From an uncultured Pseudomonadales bacterium (GTDB lineage Bacteria > Patescibacteriota > Microgenomatia > UBA1400 > PJMF01), in NCBI GenBank assembly GCA_964502565.1, contig CAZCXA010000002.1, positions 648 through 64,647 of the forward strand: DNA of 64,000 bases, in the 5' to 3' direction. Both the position numbers and the translations under genes were made by a program. The notes under the pieces were generated by a model. The model was given only the letters and a program-made list of their open reading frames with translations, had not been told where the DNA came from and did not search any database. Shown piece after piece: positions 58,483 to 64,000 of the stretch; positions within the stretch are counted from its first letter, which is position 1, and each line of letters opens with the position of its first letter.

Positions 58483-60555
58483 TTATTCTTCTGGCTCTTG
58501 ATAATCATCAATCGAGTGTTGACCATAAACCACAGCTTGTTGACTAATATCAGTGGCTTGAGCCACATTATCTCTATTGTCTTGTAAGCCAGTTGCTTCA
58601 TCTTTAAGCTGGTTGGGTTCATCATGTGATTGACGAGCATTACCTGTAGGCAACACTTGCTCAATCTCAGCTTCATCCTCTTCTTCATAATATGGTTGAG
58701 TATTGGTGTTGTTCGTGAGTTGATCAGTGTGATACTCGGCTTCTCTTGCCTTTTTTCTTGCCAACAACTCGTTGGGATCGGTGGTAATCATGTAGTGCTC
58801 CTCTGGACTTGCAACCACGCGTAGGGCAACATGGTTTTGTCCAACAAAAAAGATGCCCTCTCCCACGTCAGCCGTTACCAAAAGTTGTCGTTCTCCGTTG
58901 GAAAGGTGAAAGGTTTCGGTTAAGGTGTTGATTGAAACCGTGGACTGTTTCATCAACAGTCTAATTGATGCATTAGACACAATGGCTTTGCCAAAATTAT
59001 TGTCTAAAAAGTCCTCTACATCTTGAGTGATGGTGGTGATAGCTAAAAAATACTTTCTAGCTCTTTTAGTCATGGCATAAATAAAACGCGCGCTATCTGG
59101 GTGTTGCATAAAATACCAAGCCTCATCAATTACCAGCAACCGTTTTTTAAAATCTTTTTTAACCTTTGTCCAGATAAAATCTAGGATAATATACATCGCA
59201 ATCGGTCTTAACTCTTCTTCCATCTCTTTAACACTAAACACGGTCAAGGGATTTTGAATATTAATGTTGGTGGGTTTATCTAAAATACCTCTAAAAGAGC
59301 CGGTGATAAACTTTTCCAAGCGCGCGACCAAGTCATCGGCTTGATCATTTTCCATACCAGCTAGGGCTTTATAAAGATCCTCCATTAAAGGTGGAATGTT
59401 TTTTTGAGTAGCTGGATCAGGGGTAATACCCTTAGCCTTATAAGAAGAGACTAGCGCGCGGTCCAAAAGCGCCTCTTGCTCAGAAGTCATCTCGCCTAGC
59501 ATAACTTTTAACAAACCATGTAAAGATAAAATTTTTTGTCCGAGCTCATTAGATCCCTCCTCATAAACCTGCGATAGATCAAAAGGGTTAATCTTTGCTT
59601 TAGAGCCAAAGGTAAAGTTAATATACTCACCACCCACGGTATCACAAAGCTCCTCATACTCTTTTTCTGGATCAAGGACAATCACCTCGGTGTCAAACAT
59701 TAGCTGGCGTAAGATCTCCACCTTAACAGCATAGGACTTACCTGCTCCTGATTTTGCTAGGATTAGCATGTTGTAGTTCTCAAGCTGGAACCTATCAAAA
59801 ATAACCAAGGACTCGTTGTGTTCGTTAATGCCGTATAGGATTCCTTGCTCAGAAGTTAGCTCAGAGGAAACAAAAGGGAAGGTGGTAGCTAAAGAAGTGG
59901 TGTCCATGTTGCGGGCAATGTTCAAGTAGTCAACTCCCATGGGCAGGGTGGTTTTGAAACCGTCTGCCATTTGCAGGGTTGCTTTTTTTGAAACGATCAG
60001 TAGTGAGCCTAGGGTGGACTGCACATTTTTAGTAACCTTCTCCAGCATCTCAACAGAATCAGCCCTGATCGTGGTATAAAGACCAAATTGATAAAACCTT
60101 TCAGCCCCAGCTGCCAACTGCTCCCTGATGTTGCGAGCATCGATCAGTTGAATCTCGGTCGTAATGTTACTAATCTTGCCAGCCCTAATATCAGACTGGA
60201 TCTCAGCCTCCATCTCAGTAATTTTTCTTTTAAGACTGTCTAAGATCTCACCACTGTCCATGGGAAAGATAAACATGGCAGTGTTAAGCTGATGAGGAAA
60301 GTTGATCAACGGTGATAGCCAGTTAGCCGGTACTGACCTAGGATAACCAGCGATAAACAAGGTTCTTGAGTATGAGGAGTTGATCTTTTGAAAAGTGAAG
60401 TCAATCTCGATCGCTTCAGGGGCAATAATATCCTCAATGGTTACCAGACCTTTTGAAAACTCCTCGATTTGTCTTAACTCCTCTTTTTTCTTAAGGTCTT
60501 GTTCTTCTTCAGCAGTTGTTTTTTTTAAAAATGGAAAAGGTAGATCAAGCTTCAT
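58483..60555 (-). CDS. VirB4/TraC/ConE-like ATPase
   Basis: 'YGIN.HN.SLVIFDRF', 'AKSGAGKSY..K', 'DPE.EY', 'INPFD', 'IDEAW', 'RARKY......ITQ...DF'. Confidence 0.88.
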   Translation of the reverse strand: MKLDLPFPFLKKTTAEEEQDLKKKEELRQIEEFSKGLVTIEDIIAPEAIEIDFTFQKINSSYSRTLFIAGYPRSVPANWLSPLINFPHQLNTAMFIFPMDSGEILDSLKRKITEMEAEIQSDIRAGKISNITTEIQLIDARNIREQLAAGAERFYQFGLYTTIRADSVEMLEKVTKNVQSTLGSLLIVSKKATLQMADGFKTTLPMGVDYLNIARNMDTTSLATTFPFVSSELTSEQGILYGINEHNESLVIFDRFQLENYNMLILAKSGAGKSYAVKVEILRQLMFDTEVIVLDPEKEYEELCDTVGGEYINFTFGSKAKINPFDLSQVYEEGSNELGQKILSLHGLLKVMLGEMTSEQEALLDRALVSSYKAKGITPDPATQKNIPPLMEDLYKALAGMENDQADDLVARLEKFITGSFRGILDKPTNINIQNPLTVFSVKEMEEELRPIAMYIILDFIWTKVKKDFKKRLLVIDEAWYFMQHPDSARFIYAMTKRARKYFLAITTITQDVEDFLDNNFGKAIVSNASIRLLMKQSTVSINTLTETFHLSNGERQLLVTADVGEGIFFVGQNHVALRVVASPEEHYMITTDPNELLARKKAREAEYHTDQLTNNTNTQPYYEEEDEAEIEQVLPTGNARQSHDEPNQLKDEATGLQDNRDNVAQATDISQQAVVYGQHSIDDYQEPEE

Positions 60556-60707
60556 TGTGGGTTAAAATTAGGTGTTAAAATCGATAGATTATAAAAAAAG
60601 TTTAAAAAAAGTAGTTTTAAAGTATTGTTCTTAATGATAAATTAAATAATCATTTTTAATAGTTGATAGTAGTTTTTTAAGACCATCTTTGGTAGCAACT
60701 AGACCCC

Positions 60708-62261
60708 CTACATTATTTCTGGGATAGGTGGTGGATTATCACCTTGTGTTTTAGCAACCTCATTGGGTTGTTTAACCTGACTACTATCTGTTAACTCATT
60801 TGGTTGAACTGATAATTGAGGCTCACTTGTAGTGGCTTGCGAGTTGTCTTTTGCTGGCGTTTCCACAGTTTGTGTATCTGTTTTTTTATCAGGCTCGGGT
60901 AGATTAAAAACCCCCACCTCTCGAAGCGTGTTGTTAACTGCCTGCTGGGGATTGGGGTGAGTCTGTGATTTTCTGGGTGTAGCATCTTGTTCTTGATCAG
61001 GTTTGGGTTGGGACTGGTTGGCTGATGTGTTATTACTAAAGTTTGCTTTGAGATTTGAGAAGTCCGGCACACCTTCTTGAAAGTCTTGAGGATGGTCGGT
61101 TGTGTCTACAGGGGTGATTAACTGTTGAAACTGTTCCTGTGCTTGTTCGGGAGTAGTTCTAGAAGGTTGATCATAAATAGACTGTTCTTGATTTGTGGTC
61201 GGGAATGATGGGGCCACACCAACTGTATTATTTGCTGAACTAGTGTCAAAGGCTTGATCAAGTTGGTTGGCTTGTTGTTCAAACTGCTGGTTAAGTTCTT
61301 GATCAAGTTGATGAAGCTGGTTATGGTCTGGCAGACTTTGCTGGCTAAGTTGGCCAGCCTGATCTGTGTGATCAAGCTGGGTTGGGTTTTCATATACTGA
61401 TTGGTCAAAATATTGAGTTGAGACTGGTTTGCCAAATTGATCAAACTGCTGGGTCTGTGTTGGTTGTGGTTGGTCTACGGTCATGCTTGGTTGTTCAGGT
61501 TGGTCAAACTGATCATTTAAAGACTGCGGTATCGGTTGGTCTGTAGGTAGGGCTTGATTTAAGGGGTTGTAATCATCTATTATGCTTGCCTTGACCACTG
61601 CTGTTTGATACTCCTCGGTGTTCGTGCCTTCAAAACCCTCGCTAGCCTCAGGATTATAGTTGGTGTAAAAGACCCGAATGATTTCTTGAGTAGTGAGTTG
61701 CCAGGACACCAAACCAATTCTTGCAAACTGACTAATTAGATGATCTCTTCTGGGCTCAAGAATCGCTTGAGCCTTATCAACCAGCACGGTTTTTTCATAC
61801 TTGGTTATGTCAAAAACATCTCTACCCGGAATCACGCTCTCGGCTGAAAGTAGCTCAAGCTCTAGGGGTGTGGCAGGAATGATCACAAAAAATTTTTTAT
61901 CTAACACGTTTCTTTCTTTAATAAGATTGGCAACAAACTCTCGATAGCGAGCAATCCTCTCTCCCTGCGGAGAATGAAAGGTTTCATTCTCTTTTTCTTT
62001 AAGCAGGTTAAGATATTTAGTAACGTCCTTGGTTTGTGATTGAATTATTATCTGGATGGGGTAGTTAAGGGAGTTGAGTAGGGCTGCATAGGTGTAGATG
62101 ACTGCATCTTGTTCATCCTCTGCCAACAAGCCAAAGTTCATGGCGCTGACCCCCAAGATTAAACTTGCGGTACCGTTTTTAAGCAGTATTAAATCATTGG
62201 TGATATCATAAATCTCTAAAAACTCTTGAGTAGCAGATTTGTATTTGGACTTTTCTAACAT
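60708..62261 (-). CDS. VirB4-adjacent conjugation-type protein with long Gln/Pro-rich disordered C-terminus
   Basis: 'TQ.FLEI.DI', 'V.A.NF.LL...EQDA....YA.LLNSL..PIQI' N-terminal domain; directly upstream of the VirB4-like gene. Confidence 0.7.
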   Translation of the reverse strand: MLEKSKYKSATQEFLEIYDITNDLILLKNGTASLILGVSAMNFGLLAEDEQDAVIYTYAALLNSLNYPIQIIIQSQTKDVTKYLNLLKEKENETFHSPQGERIARYREFVANLIKERNVLDKKFFVIIPATPLELELLSAESVIPGRDVFDITKYEKTVLVDKAQAILEPRRDHLISQFARIGLVSWQLTTQEIIRVFYTNYNPEASEGFEGTNTEEYQTAVVKASIIDDYNPLNQALPTDQPIPQSLNDQFDQPEQPSMTVDQPQPTQTQQFDQFGKPVSTQYFDQSVYENPTQLDHTDQAGQLSQQSLPDHNQLHQLDQELNQQFEQQANQLDQAFDTSSANNTVGVAPSFPTTNQEQSIYDQPSRTTPEQAQEQFQQLITPVDTTDHPQDFQEGVPDFSNLKANFSNNTSANQSQPKPDQEQDATPRKSQTHPNPQQAVNNTLREVGVFNLPEPDKKTDTQTVETPAKDNSQATTSEPQLSVQPNELTDSSQVKQPNEVAKTQGDNPPPIPEIM

Positions 62262-62407
62262 AATAATACTCTGTATTGCGATGGTGATAACTTTATTAAG
62301 TATAAACCAGTTTTGATTGATTCACAATTTAAAAAGCTGTTTTAATGCTGGGGAGTTGATGATTGACGCGGTTTGCTAATCTAAGTTTTAGAAAGAGGTA
62401 TTTTGAT

Positions 62408-63308
62408 TTAATGACGATGTGATCTAGAGTGCTTTTGAAAAAAATCCTGGGAAATACTTGGCAAAGTTGCTCCTATAAAGATCATGATGCCTCCCAAAAT
62501 CGTGGCTAAGGACAGAGCTTCTTTTAAGATAAGCCAACCGAAAAAAGAACCGAACATTATTTGTAAAGGCATAATGATTGTTCCAAGCTGGGCCTCAACT
62601 TGTCGAAAACCATAGATTGAGAGGTTGACAGTCGCAACCGTGATAAGACTAAAGAGCATGATCCACAGCCAGGGTGAGCTTGGAACTAATTGAGGAAGAG
62701 GTTCTTTAAAGCAGAGACTTAACAACAAACAGATTACAAAACATACAAAAGCATCCACAAAAGCCAGCTGAAAACTGCTGTAAAAACTTGAAAACTTTTT
62801 GGAAAGTGTGTTCCACAGACCAGAAGCCAGTCCGGCCATTAATGCAAAAAGAACAAAAACCAGTTGATTGGTTTGAACGACGCAAGAGTAGATTAAATAA
62901 ATTGCAAAAAAGATTAAGACAAGAGAGATGAGTTTGATAAGATTGATTTTTTCTTTAAACAAGATCTTGCCTGACAAAAATCCGCTAACTATTGTGGCAG
63001 AATAAAGTAAAAAATAAACCGCGCTTATGGGGAGGTTGGCATAAGCAATAAATGAAAAAAAGGACAAATATTGGGCTCAACAAGCTCCAGGGGATGAGCC
63101 ACTTGAGATGTTTTTTTTGAATCTTTTTCCAATGTGTTTTTGAGGTGAGGATAAAAACACTCAGCAGGATGCAAACCAAAACTCCTCTAACCCAGCCTTG
63201 TGAAAAATCTCCAAATCCAGTTGCGATAAATCGTGAGCAGATGCCATATAAACCATAGAGCGCAGAGGAAGTTAAGATAGCAAAAAAGCCTTTAGTTTTT
63301 TTTGGCAA
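62408..63308 (-). pseudogene. EamA/DMT family transporter, frameshifted
   Basis: ORFs 62985-63308 and 62408-63067 join into one 10-TM EamA-like protein if one T is removed from the T7 run (plus-strand A7 at 63055-63061). Confidence 0.75.
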
Positions 63309-63513
63309 CCTTGATAGATAAGTTTAAGAGTTAAAAACTAGAAGTAAAAAACCGCTTTGTGATATATATTTGATTATGTTTTATTTACTGGTTTGAGTTT
63401 TTAGCTAATTAAATATTATTGCCACACTTTGCGTTGATAGTCCTTTTTGTTAACAACTCCTTTTTGCTAGCAACCTCTTTTAGTTAGTAACCTCTGTTTA
63501 TCAACAACCTCTT

Positions 63514-63999
63514 TTAGTTAGCAACTATCTCTACTGGGTCAAGAATAACTCCAGTGAGTTCTATCTGTTGCGGATTAAACTCAAGGCCTTCTTTTTGAAC
63601 CTGAATAAAATATCTGCCATTATTTAATCCCTGGGAGATTTGAAATTGACCTAAAGCATTGCTTTTAACAGCAGTGATGGTTTGCATCTCACTGTTTTTA
63701 AGCTCAACCAGAGCATCGCCAATCAAGTTATTGTCTAGAGTTAAGATCATGCCCACGATCTTGTTGGGCTGGGTGGGTTTATTGGGAAATGGTAAATCTT
63801 GCCTTTGGCTAGCAACCTTTACGATGGTTGCGTTGTGTGGAGTTTGTGCAACCTGATTGTCTTGAGACTGGTCACTATCTTTTTCAACAGCCACTTGTTG
63901 AGAGTTTAAAAAATCATCTTGAAGAAGATCTGTTGGTTGGTTGATATTATCTAATGTTTTTTTATCAGCGATTTCTTGTTGATAAACTAGAAAAGAATC
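63514..63999 (-). CDS. C-terminal part of a probable PrgI-family protein with carboxypeptidase-regulatory-like domain (runs off the window)
   Basis: Frame is open to the window edge; 'PN.I.G........I..ALVE.......I.A.KSN.LGQF.....L.NG.Y.I...K.G..F' beta-sandwich. The PrgI assignment is inferred from context. Confidence 0.55.
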   Translation of the reverse strand, partial: DSFLVYQQEIADKKTLDNINQPTDLLQDDFLNSQQVAVEKDSDQSQDNQVAQTPHNATIVKVASQRQDLPFPNKPTQPNKIVGMILTLDNNLIGDALVELKNSEMQTITAVKSNALGQFQISQGLNNGRYFIQVQKEGLEFNPQQIELTGVILDPVEIVAN

Positions 64000-64000
64000 T

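Noticed and set aside
44925-61444. Numerous 60-130 aa antisense or alternate-frame ORFs inside valS, DUF4012, dnaN, dnaA and the VirB4 cluster
   Set aside because: They are shadows of well-supported genes, with no motifs or independent start signals.

Overview
This window looks like core chromosome from a low-GC Patescibacteria (CPR) genome, most likely Microgenomates-type. That placement is inferred from gene content. The genetic code is standard code 11, since TGA is used as a stop. The window spans the replication origin (dnaA-oriC-dnaN-rpmH-rnpA-yidD-yidC-jag, all on the minus strand). It holds a tRNA-Ala/23S/5S rRNA unit with no linked 16S gene and two group I introns in the 23S, plus a rare tRNA-Ile(UAU). 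A small island next to that tRNA carries a B12-dependent radical SAM gene and a nucleoside-deoxyribosyltransferase-like gene. Other loci are a MacAB-type ABC exporter and an ArsR-led Cys-rich operon of unknown function. Parts of a conjugation/T4SS-like machine are scattered through the window: seven tandem VirB2-like pilins, a VirD4/TraG-like ATPase, and a VirB4-like ATPase with PrgI-type neighbours. Housekeeping genes include lepA, rpsT, rpsA, pgk, pth, valS, rplY, recF, murJ and an ATP-dependent ligase. All calls come from reading the sequence and recognising motifs; no database searches were run.
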